Assembly (NCBI GenBank): GCA_963785725.1
Contig: CAWAWS010000006.1
Span: 224,001 to 288,000, forward strand
Direction: 5' to 3'
From: an uncultured delta proteobacterium
GTDB taxonomy: Bacteria > Myxococcota_A > Polyangia > Palsa-1104
Length of the DNA: 64,000 nucleotides
The first letter of the stretch is position 1. The number at the start of each line of letters is the position of its first letter. Made by a program: the position numbers and the translations under genes. The notes beneath the pieces are model-generated. The model was not told the origin of the DNA, made no database searches, and saw only the letters and a list, made by a program, of their open reading frames with translations. Of the stretch, positions 18,233-30,106 are shown piece by piece.

Positions 18233-20109
18233 ACGGTCACGCGCCGGTTGTAGGTCCACCACTCGATGAGCGCGAGCAACAGCGCCGCCAGCACGAGGTA
18301 GCCCCAGATTTCGCGGCGCACGCCGAGGCGGCCGGGCTCGGGCGCGGCCAGCGCTTTGCCGTCGACGCTGAGCGTGTGATTGGGCGCGATGGCCGATTCG
18401 TGCGCGTCGGCCAAGTTCGCCGCCAGCTGGCGCGGCGTCTGGCCGGGCGCGCCGACGCTGTAAAAGCCGACGTGGCGGCCGAGGTAGCTGGCGCGCCCGT
18501 CGTGCACCGGCGCCTCCGCGTGCTCGCCGTCGGGCGCTTGCACGGCCAGTGACGTCGCGCCCGGCGGCGCCGGCAGTCGCCACGTGTGCCCGGTCGCGTA
18601 CGACGCCAAGAGGCCGCCTTCGCTGCCCGCGAACCAGTCGAGCGCGTTGATGAGCAAGATGGGAAAGGCCACGCGCAACGGCAAGTCCGAACGCTGCAGC
18701 TCGAAGCCGAACGCCACCGTCTTGCGCCCGTCTTTCTCTCGCGCGATGATAATTGGCTGCTTGAAGCTCGACGCCACCGCCACATCGCCCGGCGACAGCG
18801 CGAAGGTCGAGGCCTTGGCGATATTCAGATCCTTGAGCGCCACCCAGCGCATGAGCGGATGGCTCGCGGTCGTCTCGGTCACGACCGGCCCGTCGACGCT
18901 GCCGCGCACGGTGAACGGCGCGCCTTCGCCGTGCGGATCGAGCCACAGCGCGTGCGTGCGCGGCTTTTGGTCGGCCGGCGGCGTGAAGCCGTCGAGGATG
19001 ACCGCGTCGTATTTCGCCGTCGCTGCCGCATCCCACGCGGCGGGCGCGATCTTGTCGACGTCGAGGTTCTGGTCGAGCAGGAGCGCGCCCTCCAAGAACA
19101 GATCGCCGCTCGAGACCAAGAGCACCTTCTGCTTGCGCCGCTCGGGCAAGAGCGCGTAGGCCGTGTCGTCGAGCGGCAAGGCGTCGTGCGCGTCGGTCAG
19201 CGTCGCCACCAGCCGCGCGCCATCGCCGGCCAGGTCGGGATAGATGCGCTGCACGCGCGCGCCCGCCGCCAACGTCAGCTTCTGCGACTCGACGACCTCG
19301 CCATCCTCTTGCAGCTGTAAGGTTACCGTCGACGGCTGCGCGCGGAAGCTCTGCACCTCGATCAAGACTTCGTAGGCCGTCTGGTTCGCCTGATAGCGCC
19401 GCACGGCGAAGGCGGTGATGCCGACGTTGTCGCCGCTCGTGCCGACGGGGACGTAGCGCAAGTCGACGCCGGCGAGCGCGCGCACGCCGCGGGCGAGCTC
19501 GGTCGCGTCCCAGGCGCCGTCGCCGAGGAGGACCAGCGTCGGTCGCGCGCGGCCGCGCAAGGCGTCGCCGGCGAGCTCGAGCGCGCGCGCGACGTCGGCC
19601 GCGGTGTCGTCGGCGCGCAAGCTGTCGATGGCGTGGCCGAGCTCGCGGTCGTCGCGCGTCATGCCGCCGACCGGCGCCGGCCGCGCGTCCATGGCCACGA
19701 CCATCGCTTCGTCGTCGCCGGCGAGCGCGCGCACCAGCTGCTGCGCTTGTTTTTGCGCGGCTTGCAGGCGGGTCAGACCGCCGCCGCCGTCGGTCGCCTG
19801 CATCGACGCCGAGGTGTCGACGACGAACACGATCGATCGGCCGTGCTGCGACGCCGCCAGCCGCGGATCGGCCAGCGCCGACAGCAAGAGCAGCAGCAAG
19901 ATCAGCTGAATCGCCAGCGAGATGAGGCGACGCAGCTTCTTCCACAGCGCCGTCGACTGCGACTCCGACAGGACGCGGCGCCACAAGTCGGCGAACGGCA
20001 CCTCGAGCCGCCGCCGGCGCAGCTTGAGCAGATAGAGCGCGACCAGCGCGCTGGCGCCCGCGGCCAGCGCCGGCCCGAGCACCGACAGCGGTGCGCCGCC
20101 GATGATCAC
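18229..20109 (-). CDS. BatA-like N-terminal domain plus VWA membrane protein (start approximate)
   Basis: LYLLKLRRR...ALADP BatA-like segment, DTSASM MIDAS, C-terminal TM ending IEWW. Confidence 0.82.
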   Translation of the reverse strand: MIIGGAPLSVLGPALAAGASALVALYLLKLRRRRLEVPFADLWRRVLSESQSTALWKKLRRLISLAIQLILLLLLLSALADPRLAASQHGRSIVFVVDTSASMQATDGGGGLTRLQAAQKQAQQLVRALAGDDEAMVVAMDARPAPVGGMTRDDRELGHAIDSLRADDTAADVARALELAGDALRGRARPTLVLLGDGAWDATELARGVRALAGVDLRYVPVGTSGDNVGITAFAVRRYQANQTAYEVLIEVQSFRAQPSTVTLQLQEDGEVVESQKLTLAAGARVQRIYPDLAGDGARLVATLTDAHDALPLDDTAYALLPERRKQKVLLVSSGDLFLEGALLLDQNLDVDKIAPAAWDAAATAKYDAVILDGFTPPADQKPRTHALWLDPHGEGAPFTVRGSVDGPVVTETTASHPLMRWVALKDLNIAKASTFALSPGDVAVASSFKQPIIIAREKDGRKTVAFGFELQRSDLPLRVAFPILLINALDWFAGSEGGLLASYATGHTWRLPAPPGATSLAVQAPDGEHAEAPVHDGRASYLGRHVGFYSVGAPGQTPRQLAANLADAHESAIAPNHTLSVDGKALAAPEPGRLGVRREIWGYLVLAALLLALIEWWTYNRRVTV

Positions 20110-20140
20110 GACGCGCTCACGCCCGACATCAGGCCGGGAA

Positions 20141-21010
20141 TCACGAGAGGAATCCGCCTTCGCGAAACATCCGCAGGACCAGGTCTTCGAACGGAATGGC
20201 GACGTCGGCGCGGTAATACGGAATCGCGCGCGCGCCGCAAAAGGCCTCCAGCTGCGCGCAATATTCGGCGTGCGCGCGGGCAAACGCCGCCAATTGCCGC
20301 TCGGACACCGTCACCTCCCGCGACTCGCCCGACTCGACGTCGACGAGCTCGAGGTCGCCGCGCAAGGTCGGCTTGGCCTCGGCCTCCGACCACACCTGCA
20401 GCACGGTCGGCTCGAAGCGGTGATAGCGCAGGAGATTGAGCCCCTCTTCGTAGCCGGCCGGATCGTAAAAATCGCTGATGACGATGGCCAGGCCGCGCCG
20501 CTTCGTCTGGTGCACGAACGACTCGAGCGCGCGCGACAGCTCGGTTTTGCCTCGCGGCTCGAGCGCCGTCAGAAATTGGAAGACCTTGAAGATCTGCGCC
20601 TTGCCGCGCGTCGCCGGCAGCCGCTCATTCTCGGCGCCGCCGCCGAACGGCACGATGCTGACGCGATCGAGCTTGGCCAGGCCGATATACGCTAATGCCG
20701 CGCAAAGCCGTTCGGCATAATCGAGTTTTCCATTGCTGCGCATCGACGCCGAGGCATCGAGGAGAATATAGATATGCAGATCTTCTTCTTCCTCGAACAA
20801 GCGCAGCAAGAGCTTGTCGAGGCGACCGTAGACCGACCAGTCGAGATAGCGTAGATCGTCGCCGGCGGCGTAGTTGCGATGGTCGGCGAACTCCACGCCC
20901 GAGCCGGTCTTGCGCGAGCGGCGCTCGGCGCGAATACGGCCTACGAATACCTTTTTTGCGACGACATAAAGGTATTCCAGTTTCTTCAGAAACGATTCGT
21001 CGAATTCCAT
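20141..21010 (-). CDS. DUF58 family protein
   Basis: GSGVEFADHRNYAAGDDLRYLDW, DASASM and ISDF motifs; adjacent to MoxR. Confidence 0.92.
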   Translation of the reverse strand: MEFDESFLKKLEYLYVVAKKVFVGRIRAERRSRKTGSGVEFADHRNYAAGDDLRYLDWSVYGRLDKLLLRLFEEEEDLHIYILLDASASMRSNGKLDYAERLCAALAYIGLAKLDRVSIVPFGGGAENERLPATRGKAQIFKVFQFLTALEPRGKTELSRALESFVHQTKRRGLAIVISDFYDPAGYEEGLNLLRYHRFEPTVLQVWSEAEAKPTLRGDLELVDVESGESREVTVSERQLAAFARAHAEYCAQLEAFCGARAIPYYRADVAIPFEDLVLRMFREGGFLS

Positions 21011-22006
<996 letters not shown>

Positions 22007-22049
22007 GGGTGGATACTTTAGCAAGAAGCTGGGGATGGGCACGTCGATA

Positions 22050-22600
22050 GAAGAGAGCAGAGGATCGGTGCGGCAGGGATCACGCCCGTTGCTCCAACAT
22101 CATGGTCGCTGGCTCAGACAGTCCTCGCCGCAGTTTCACGTCGCTGACGCGACGAGAAACAGCGGCTGTGGAACTCGCCAGCGACCATGATGTTTCCGCT
22201 GTCGCCCCTGTGCGACTGCTGTCGAGCCCGAAGGAGCCTCGCCATCCACGGGGGGAATAGGGCTGCGGTCACGCGCTCGGTCTGACCCGGGCTCGTACGC
22301 GCCGCCGGCAGCGAGCAGCCCAATGCTCAGCCGCTGGGGCCAAAGACGCTGGTCGTCTGACCCAAGGATCCACGCCAAGCCACGATGGGGCCGGCACACT
22401 CGGTGCGGGTGGCGCCGCGTCCTTCTTGTCCGCGCGCAGGCGGAGCGCGGCACGAACAGGCACGACCCGCATCACACCACAGGCTCAGAAGCGAGAGCGC
22501 CGACGTCAGCGCACTGGGCGCGCAGACGAGCACGGACAAGAAGGATGCGGTGACAGGACCCGCCTCCACCGCGCCCCCCATCGTGACTTGGCCTCCGCGC
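22050..22600. other. Highly structured intergenic element (candidate ncRNA or palindromic element)
   Basis: Nested inverted repeats 22096-22113/22177-22194 (18/18), 22127-22144/22149-22166, 22374-22390/22576-22592 (16/17), 22415-22432/22533-22550 (17/18); no convincing ORF. Confidence 0.6.
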
Positions 22601-22609
22601 GAGCAGCGC

Positions 22610-23692
22610 CTACGCGATAGCGAAATCCAACGCCCCCGCCGCCTTCAGCGCATCCAGCAGCGCCTTCGCGCCGAACGCTTGCGACGGCGTCAGCGCGCCC
22701 GTCGCTGCAAAGCCGTCGGCGGCCGCTCGCACCGCGCACTCGACCGCCGCCGCCGCCGTGAAATCATAGCCGTCGCCGCACGTCACCCACGTTCTCGCGA
22801 CCTTTCCAGCCCGCGCCGCCTCGGCCACGACCGCGCACTTCGCCCGCGCTCGCTCGGCGTCGCTCGGCCCTTCCGGCAGCGACTGAATCCAGCGTTCGGC
22901 CAGCTTCTTCGCCGGGCCCCAAGCCAGCGCCTTCGACGCCACGCCGACCACCGGCAACATCGCCGCCGCCGCCGCCGGCAGCGCCACGTAGGTGCGCAGA
23001 TTGCGCGTGCCGGTCGAGCGCGGCGCCGTCGCCAAGTCGCCCCAGGGGATCGACACCGTCGCGCGCGCGCCGAGCGGCGCCGGAAACGGCGCCTGCCAGC
23101 GCGCCGCGCCCACCCGCTCGTGCCGGTATTGCCCGTCGACGAACGCCAACCCGCCCGAGTCGGCGTGCTCGATCGCCGAGCGCGTCGTGCCCTGCGTCGC
23201 GCGCCCGCCGAACTTGATGGCGATCTTGACGTCGTCGGGCGCGCCGCCGACGGCCTCGGCCGCCAGCGCCGCCGCGCAATCGGTCGGCACGACGTCGAAA
23301 CCGACCGCGTTGACGAGCGCCACGCCGCGCTTCTTGGCCTCGGCATCGCGCTCGTGCGTCTGCATCATGTAGTTGGCCTCGCCGGTGATATCGAGGTAAT
23401 GCCGACCCGCCGCCAACGCCGCCTCGCGCACCGGCGCACCCAAGCGCGCGAACGGGCCGGCGCACGCGAGCACGACTTTGCCGCGCGCCACGACCGCTTG
23501 CAGCTGCGCCGCGTCGTCGAGCGCGGCCGTGAGCACCTGCGGCTGCTGCGTCAGCGACGCCGCCAGCCGCGTCAGCCGCGGGCGATCGCGCCCGGCGATG
23601 GCGAAGCTGACCTTGCGGCGCACCAGCTCCGCGCAGACGAGACGGCCGGTGAATCCAGTGGCGCCATAGACGACGACGGCAAAATCGGACAT
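22610..23692 (-). CDS. Saccharopine-dehydrogenase-like NAD(P)-binding oxidoreductase
   Basis: VYGATGFTG, AGR, CAGPF, YLDITGE and GFDVVPTD motifs. Confidence 0.88.
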   Translation of the reverse strand: MSDFAVVVYGATGFTGRLVCAELVRRKVSFAIAGRDRPRLTRLAASLTQQPQVLTAALDDAAQLQAVVARGKVVLACAGPFARLGAPVREAALAAGRHYLDITGEANYMMQTHERDAEAKKRGVALVNAVGFDVVPTDCAAALAAEAVGGAPDDVKIAIKFGGRATQGTTRSAIEHADSGGLAFVDGQYRHERVGAARWQAPFPAPLGARATVSIPWGDLATAPRSTGTRNLRTYVALPAAAAAMLPVVGVASKALAWGPAKKLAERWIQSLPEGPSDAERARAKCAVVAEAARAGKVARTWVTCGDGYDFTAAAAVECAVRAAADGFAATGALTPSQAFGAKALLDALKAAGALDFAIA

Positions 23693-23706
23693 GGGCGCAG
23701 CCTACT

Positions 23707-25642
23707 TCATTCGCGCGGCTTGATGAGCTGGAAGTAGCGCTTGATGAAGTAGCGATAACCGGGCGGCACGCGCTCCTTCGACATGACCTCTTCGACCACC
23801 GCCGTGTAGTCGCCGTAAACGCGCTTGTAGCCCGTCGAGGCGAAGCCTTTTTCGGCCGACCCCAGAGATCGTCTGGCTGCGCGACGGTCCGGCGCCTTGC
23901 GCGCCCTCGACGCGCGTGTCGTGCCGCTTGCCGCCGAGCGTGGTCGCGTCGCCCATGAGGTTCGCGTCGTGCTCTTTGCCGATGCCGTCGCCGCCGGGCA
24001 GCTCTTGGCCCGGCCCTTTGCCGCTCGGCCCCGGCTTTTCCTGCCCCGGCCCTGGTCCCATCGGCAGCGGCAACAGCAGCATCGTGTCCGACTTCCCGCC
24101 GTTTTCGCCGAGGATGAGCGTGTCCGACTTGCCGCCGGCGTGCTGATTGAACTCGCGTAGCCGCTCGTCGCCTTTGTCGCCCTTGCCTTTGCCGCCTTTG
24201 CCGTTCGCCTGCTGCTGCGACTGCTCTTGGCCTTGCCCGTCTTTGCCTTGACCGCTTTGGCCGTTACGCCCCTGCGACGACTTGCCCGCGCGCCGCAGCA
24301 CCTCCTTGATCTCGGCGATCTGCATCTGCGCGCGGCCTTGATTGCCGAGCTTCGTCATCTCGCTCTGCATCTGCCGCATCTGCTCGGCCAGCTGCTGCAG
24401 CGCCTGCGGCGACAGCTTCTGTCGCAGCTGCTCGGCGGCGCGCTCCATCTCGCGCTGCAGCCGCTGCAGCTGCCGCTGCTGCTCGGCGCGCTGCTGCTTT
24501 TCGCGCTCGAGCCGCTGCAGCTCCCGCTGATTGCGCTGCAATTTACGCTGCAGCTCCTCGTCCTTCGGCCGCTCGGCCAACTCCTTCTTGAGCCGCCGCT
24601 CCTCGTCCCGCAGCTTCTGCTCTTCTGCTTGCTGCTTCTTCTCTTCCGCCGATTTTTCCTGCTGCTTCGCCGCCTCTTCGAGCGCGCGCGCCATCTCCTC
24701 GCGCTGCTGCTGCTCGAACTTCGAATCCGGCTTGGGCTCGTTGGCGCGCGCTTCGGCCTCGGCGGCCAGCTTCTGCAGCTCCTTTTGCGCCTTGGCCGGG
24801 TCGTCCTCTTGCAGCGCGCGTCCTGTCTCCGCCAGCTTCTTCGACTTCGCCAGCTCCGTGCCCGCTTTGCGCAGCTTCTGCTTCAGCTCGTCGAGCTGCC
24901 CGTCGCTGGCGCGCAAATATTGGTTCTCGAGCTGCGCCAGCTTGTCGAAGGCCTGTTTGCGCGTCAGCTCCTCGGCGTCGATCTGCTGCAGCAGCTGATT
25001 GAGCTCGTTCGCCAGCTGCTTCGTGTCCTCGTCGCCGCTCTGCGCTGCCTGCGCCGCCAGCGCCGCCGCCGCTTGCCGCTCGGGCTCGAGCAGCGCGCGG
25101 TCGACCGTCAGCCGCGGCGGCAACGGCGGCAGCGCGGCGAGCTTGGCGTGCGTCGGAAACTGCAGCAGCGCCACCAACGCCGCCACCGTGCCGACGACGG
25201 CCGCCGCGCCCAGCGCTTCCGGCCGCTGCCACGGCGCGGCGCGGCGCGGCTCGACCGTGCGCGCGGCCGCTTCGGCGTCGGCGATGGCGGCGAGCATGAA
25301 CGGCGTCGGCGCGGCCTCGGCGGCGAAGGCCAGCGCCGAGCGCAGTCGATCGTGGAGGCCGTGCGTGCGATCGATCGCCAACGCCGCGCGATCGAGCGGA
25401 ATCCGCCGCAACGCCCGCTCGAGCGCGCCGGCGACGACGACGAGCAGCGCCACCAGGCCCGCCATGAGGAGGCCGCGCTGGCCGAAGACGCGCAGGCGCC
25501 ACAGATAGACCGCGCCCAGCATCAGCGTCGCCGCGACGACCGCCGCGCGCGCGCCACCGTCGAGCGCCGCTTGCAGTCGCAAACGCCGGCGCACCGAGCG
25601 GAGCGGGCTCGCGAACGTCATGCGCTTCAGTATGTCCGTCAT
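23707..25642 (-). CDS. Membrane-anchored long coiled-coil protein of the kind found near MoxR/VWA operons; +1 frameshift at ~23865
   Basis: N-terminal TM helices, Q/E/K-rich coiled coil, Gly-rich tail; removing one base restores GSAEKGFASTGYKRVY...VPPGYRYFIKRYFQLIKPRE*. Confidence 0.75.
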
Positions 25643-26998
25643 CCGCTGAAGTTCCAGCCGCGCACGAGCAGCGTCGGGCAGACGTACCAGGCGTCGCCGA
25701 GGCCGCCGGCGACGAGCGTGCGCGCGCGGCTGGCGCCGCCGAGGCGGCGGCCGGCGTCGAGCAGCGACTCGGTCCAGCGCTGGTTGGCGGCGGCGCCGGT
25801 GAGGCGGCCGTTTTCGATGTGCCAGACGCCGTCGCGGGTCATGCCGGTCATGAGCGCGCGGCGCGTGTCGAGCAGGCCGTTGACGTAGTGAAAGCGCGAG
25901 ATGTAGAGGCCGCGTTCGACGCGCGACACCAGCTCGTCGACGGTGGCGTCGCCGCCGGCGAGCATCAAATGTTGCGGCGCCGGTCCGCCGTCGGCGAAGT
26001 CGTCGGCGATGGAGGCGGCGTGGCCCGTCGACGCGGCGCCGGCGTGCGCGGCGGTGGCGCGATCGTAGACCACGGCGCGCGCGATGCCACCGTCGAGAAA
26101 CGTGACGCGCCGGCGCGGCGTGCCTTCGGCGTCGAAGGGCGCGCTCGGGCAGCCGTCCTCGCCGCTCGTGGCGTCGTCGTAGAGTGTGAGCGCGCCGGTG
26201 ATCGCCTCGCCGATGCGGCCGGCCAGCGCCGACGAGCCGTCCTCCAAGCTGCGCGCGCCGAGCGACGTCAGCGCCAGCCACTCGAGCAGCTCGGCGACCG
26301 CGTGCGGCTCGAGCACGACGTCGTATTCGCCGGGCGCCAGCGGCGACGGCGCGCGGGAACGAGCCGCGCGCGCGATGGTGTCGTCGACGAGCGCCTCGTG
26401 ATCGCCCGTGACGTCGGCGAAGCTGCGGCCGTCGCGCGAGCGGCGTCCGCTTCCGCGATCGTCGCTGGCGATGAGGTCGAAGCGCGCCCGCGTCGTCGCG
26501 TGCACGCGGCGCGCGCCCGCCGACGTGGCGACGGCGAGGGTCGTCGTGCCGGTCGCGCACGAGCCGGCCGCGGTCATGCCTGCTTTGGCGCAGGCGGTGA
26601 AGGCGTGACCGACGGCGGCCGCGCGCGCCTCGGCGGTGACGTTGGCGGTGGCGGCGTCGAACGCAGCCGCATGCGGCGCGACGGCTTCGGCGCCGTCGGC
26701 AAAGCCGGCCACCTCCGCTTCCGGCAGCGCCGCCGCCAGCCCGCGCGCGCGACCGAGCGCCGCCGCCAACGCCGCGTCGTCGACGGCGTTGACGCGCGCC
26801 GCGCCCACGCGCCGGCCGAGGGCGACGCGCGCCTGCACCGTCTGGTCGACGACGTCGCTGGTTTGCGTCACGCGCGAGCCGGCGAAGCGCGTCGTGCCCG
26901 CGCGACCGCCGTGATACGACAGCTCGGCCGCGCCGCCGAAGCGGGCGATCGCGCGTGCCAGCCGCTCCAAGAATCTCGTCGCCGCCGTGGTCGCTCAC
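25639..26998 (-). CDS. TldE/PmbA-family protein; +1 frameshift at ~26972 near the start
   Basis: PGEYDVVLEP, FDAEG, STGHA and TGMTRDG motifs; GTG at 26998 overlaps the tldD stop and joins the frame if one base of GAGATTC is removed. Confidence 0.85.
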
Positions 26999-28467
26999 GT
27001 GCCGCTCCCGACGGTGACGCCGGCGAAGCGCGCGGGCGGGCAGCCGTGACCGACGGCCATGAGCTGCATCGGGTCGCCTTTGCCGCAGCTCGTGAGGCCC
27101 CACATGCGAAAGCTGGCGGGATTGCCGACGGCGTCGCAGCTCTGCCAAAAACGCGGCGTGCTGCCGCCGTAAACGGGGTTCTTCAGGATGCGCGTGCGCT
27201 TGCCGCCTTTGATCTCCCAGGCGATCTCGCAGCCGAACTGGAAATTGAGCCGTAAATCGTCGATCGACCAGCTCTTGTTGTTGCCCATCACGACGCCGTC
27301 GCGGGTGTCGGCGATGAGCTCGTCGAGCGACGGGCCGCGCGGATCGGGCTCGAGTGAGACGTTGATCATGCGCACGATGGGGAAGCGGTGCCAGGCTTCG
27401 GCGCGCAGGCAGCCGCCCGAGCGCGGCAGGCCGAGTCGCGCGGCGGTCTCGCGCGACGTCAGGTAGCCGACGAACTGCCCGCGGGCGACGAGCGGCGTGC
27501 GCGTCGCGGGCACGCCTTCGTCGTCCCAGCCGAAGCTGCCGAGTGCGCCCGCCGTCGTCGCGTCGGCGCTCAAGTTGACCCGCTGCGAGCCGTAGCGGAA
27601 GCGGCCCAGGCGATCGGGCGTCAGGAACGACGCGCCGGCGAGCGAGACCTCGTCGCCGAACGCGCGATCGCTCTCGGTCGGATGGCCGCACGACTCGTGG
27701 ATCTGCAGGGCCAGCTGCGTCGTGTCGAGGATGACGTGGGTGGCGCCGGCCGGGCAGGGCGGTGCCGTCAAGAGCGCGCAGGCTTCGTCGGCAAGCGGCG
27801 CCGCGTGGCCGACCAAGTCGAAGCCGGTGACGACCTCGAAGCCGCCGGCCGCGACGCCGCCGTCGAGCTCCATCGGATACGAGCGGTGCGCCACTTCGTC
27901 ACCTTCGCCGACGGTGACCTTCATGCCGCAGCCGGCGTAGCTGATGAGCTGCGTGACGTAGCTGCCGTCGGAGGTGGCGAGCGCTTTGTCTTGGCGGCGG
28001 GCGCTGACGTGAGCGCTGGCGCTGCGGATGCGCGCGCCGGCGGCGGCGCGCAGGGCGTCGGTGGCGGCCGAGAGCAGCGCCAATTTGTCGGCGAGCGGCA
28101 CGGCGAAGGCGTCGACGGCGACGGGCGTGGCCCAATGGCCGCGCTGCGGCTCCTCTTCGGCCAAGCCGACGGGCGCGCGGTTGACGGCGGCGGCGGCGCG
28201 GGCGACGGCGAGCGCGGCGTCGGCGGCCTCGTGCAGCGCCGCGGCATCATTGCGATCGCCGGCACGAGCCGCAAATCCCCAGGCGCCGCCGTTGGGCCCG
28301 ACGACGAGGACGCGCACGCCGAAGCCGGACGAGCTGGCGCGAAAGTGGCGTTCGACGCGGCCGTCGCGCACGGCCAGCTGCTCGCGTTCGTCGACGACGT
28401 GGCGGGCATCGGCAAAGGTGGCACCGCGGCGACGCATGTGCGCCACGGCATCGACAAGGAGGCTCAC
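26995..28467 (-). CDS. tldD: TldD-family metalloprotease
   Basis: IHESCGHPTE zinc motif, WDDEG, PIVRMIN, CGKGDP; start could also be ATG 28485. Confidence 0.92.
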   Translation of the reverse strand: MSLLVDAVAHMRRRGATFADARHVVDEREQLAVRDGRVERHFRASSSGFGVRVLVVGPNGGAWGFAARAGDRNDAAALHEAADAALAVARAAAAVNRAPVGLAEEEPQRGHWATPVAVDAFAVPLADKLALLSAATDALRAAAGARIRSASAHVSARRQDKALATSDGSYVTQLISYAGCGMKVTVGEGDEVAHRSYPMELDGGVAAGGFEVVTGFDLVGHAAPLADEACALLTAPPCPAGATHVILDTTQLALQIHESCGHPTESDRAFGDEVSLAGASFLTPDRLGRFRYGSQRVNLSADATTAGALGSFGWDDEGVPATRTPLVARGQFVGYLTSRETAARLGLPRSGGCLRAEAWHRFPIVRMINVSLEPDPRGPSLDELIADTRDGVVMGNNKSWSIDDLRLNFQFGCEIAWEIKGGKRTRILKNPVYGGSTPRFWQSCDAVGNPASFRMWGLTSCGKGDPMQLMAVGHGCPPARFAGVTVGSGT

Positions 28468-28513
28468 GCCGCGCGAGGTTAGCATGATAAGATGGGACGG
28501 CCTCGGAGGCTCG

Positions 28514-30106
28514 ATGATTCGCTTAGGACTACGGCGCGCAGCGCTCGCGACGCTGCTGATTCTCGCCGGTTGTGACAGCCCGCCGCCCGTCGGCAGCGCG
28601 CACGCGGCCCTGGTCGCCGGCTGCAACGTCGACGCCGACTGCATCGCCGCCTACGGCTCCACGCTCGGCGCGTCGGCGACGGTGACCTGCAACCAGACGA
28701 CGCACGTCTGCGACGTGGTGACCACGACGGCCTGCGCCGGCGACGGCGACTGCGACGACAATAATCCGTGCACGATCGACACCTGCACCGGCACCGTGTG
28801 CGCGAACACGCCGACGATCGGCCTCGGCTGCTGCCTGACGGCCGCGACCTGCCTCGGCGCCAACGGCTGCCAGACCGCGGTCTGCTCCGACTCCGAGTGC
28901 GGCTTCGTGGCCAAGAGCGGCGGCACCGGCTGCTGCAACGTCGGCAGCGACTGCGCCGGCACCGCGACGTGCACCGCCAACACCTGCAGCTGCCCCGCCG
29001 GTAAAACCTACTGTCCAACGGTCGGCTGCGTCAGCGGCAGCGCCTGCTGCGTCAACGCCGATTGCAGCGGCGGCAACGTCTGCAGCGACGGCAGCTGCGT
29101 ATGCCCCGCCGGCGACAAATCGTGCGGCGCCACCTGCGTGCCGACGAGCGGCTGCTGCAGCGCCGCCGAATGCACCGTCGGCAACGGCTGCCAGTCCGCG
29201 ACCTGCTCGTCGGCCGGCGTCTGCGGCGTCACCAGCAGCGGCGGCGCCGGCTGCTGCAACGGCAACACCGACTGCGGCGGCGGCTCCACCTGCGACACGG
29301 CGAGCAACCGCTGCGTCTGCGGCGGCGGCCAGAAATTGTGTGCCGGCGCGACGCCCGGCGCCGACGTGTGCACGAGCGGCTGCTGCACGGCCAGCGATTG
29401 CGCCGCGATTCCCAACGGCACCGTCACCTGCGACACGTCGACGCACACCTGTGTCGCCGGCTCGTGTGACGCCACGTTCCACATTTGTAGCGGCGCCTGC
29501 GTCAGCAACGGCAGCGTCAACAGCTGCGGCGCGACGTCGTGCACCGCCTGCCCGGCCGGCGACTCGTGCCAGACGCCGGCGTGCAACGCGTCGACGAGCT
29601 GCGGCTTCGTCGCGTCGGGCCCGTCGCCGTGCTGCAACACGCTCACCGATTGCGTCGCCGCCAACAGCTGCCAAGTGCCGAGCGCCTGCAACGCCACCAC
29701 CAATCGCTGCAAATTCACCGGCAAGACCGGCGTCAGCGGCTGCTGCACGACCGCCACCGACTGCGCGCTGCCGAGCGACGCCTGCCTCGAGCGCACCTGC
29801 GTCGCCAACCAGTGCGGCACGGCGCCCATCAGCGGCTGCACCGACGACGGCGGCATCGCGCCCGACATGCTGAGCCCGCGCGACATGGCCGCGCACGACG
29901 CCTCGGTCGATCTCAGCGTGCCCGATCTGGCGCTGCCCGGCGCCGATCTCGGCAAGTCGACGACGCCCGATCTGGCCGGGCTGTCGCTGAGCGGCGGCGG
30001 TGGTTGCGCCGTCGCCGGCCATGACGCGGCGCCGCCCTGGGCGGCGTTGGCGTTGGCCCTCGCACTCGCACTGTCAGCGTTCGCCCGCCGCCGCCGAACC
30101 CAATGA
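28514..30106 (+). CDS. Cys-rich surface protein with N-terminal lipobox and MYXO-CTERM (TraA-like)
   Basis: GGAGG RBS; LAGC lipobox; repeated CC-x4-C modules; PDL/PDM linker; GGGCAVAG, hydrophobic helix and RRRR tail. Confidence 0.85.
   Translation: MIRLGLRRAALATLLILAGCDSPPPVGSAHAALVAGCNVDADCIAAYGSTLGASATVTCNQTTHVCDVVTTTACAGDGDCDDNNPCTIDTCTGTVCANTPTIGLGCCLTAATCLGANGCQTAVCSDSECGFVAKSGGTGCCNVGSDCAGTATCTANTCSCPAGKTYCPTVGCVSGSACCVNADCSGGNVCSDGSCVCPAGDKSCGATCVPTSGCCSAAECTVGNGCQSATCSSAGVCGVTSSGGAGCCNGNTDCGGGSTCDTASNRCVCGGGQKLCAGATPGADVCTSGCCTASDCAAIPNGTVTCDTSTHTCVAGSCDATFHICSGACVSNGSVNSCGATSCTACPAGDSCQTPACNASTSCGFVASGPSPCCNTLTDCVAANSCQVPSACNATTNRCKFTGKTGVSGCCTTATDCALPSDACLERTCVANQCGTAPISGCTDDGGIAPDMLSPRDMAAHDASVDLSVPDLALPGADLGKSTTPDLAGLSLSGGGGCAVAGHDAAPPWAALALALALALSAFARRRRTQ

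Noticed and set aside
15551..19984. 1477-aa ORF here, and the 1329-aa (23702-27691) and 928-aa (42856-45642) ORFs, as giant fusion proteins
   Set aside because: The extensions are off-frame readings of neighbouring genes or frameshift run-ons; the real starts are marked by ATGA/GTGA overlaps or recognisable N-termini
22050..22600. RNase P RNA, tmRNA or group II intron
   Set aside because: No GAGGAAAGTCC, no GGTTCGA T-loop before the CCTCCACC-like segment, and no domain V consensus seen on either strand
25639..28467. RiPP biosynthetic cluster around TldD/TldE or the radical SAM gene
   Set aside because: No precursor peptide, YcaO or dedicated transporter is recognisable, and the radical SAM enzyme is the AmmeMemoRadiSam type
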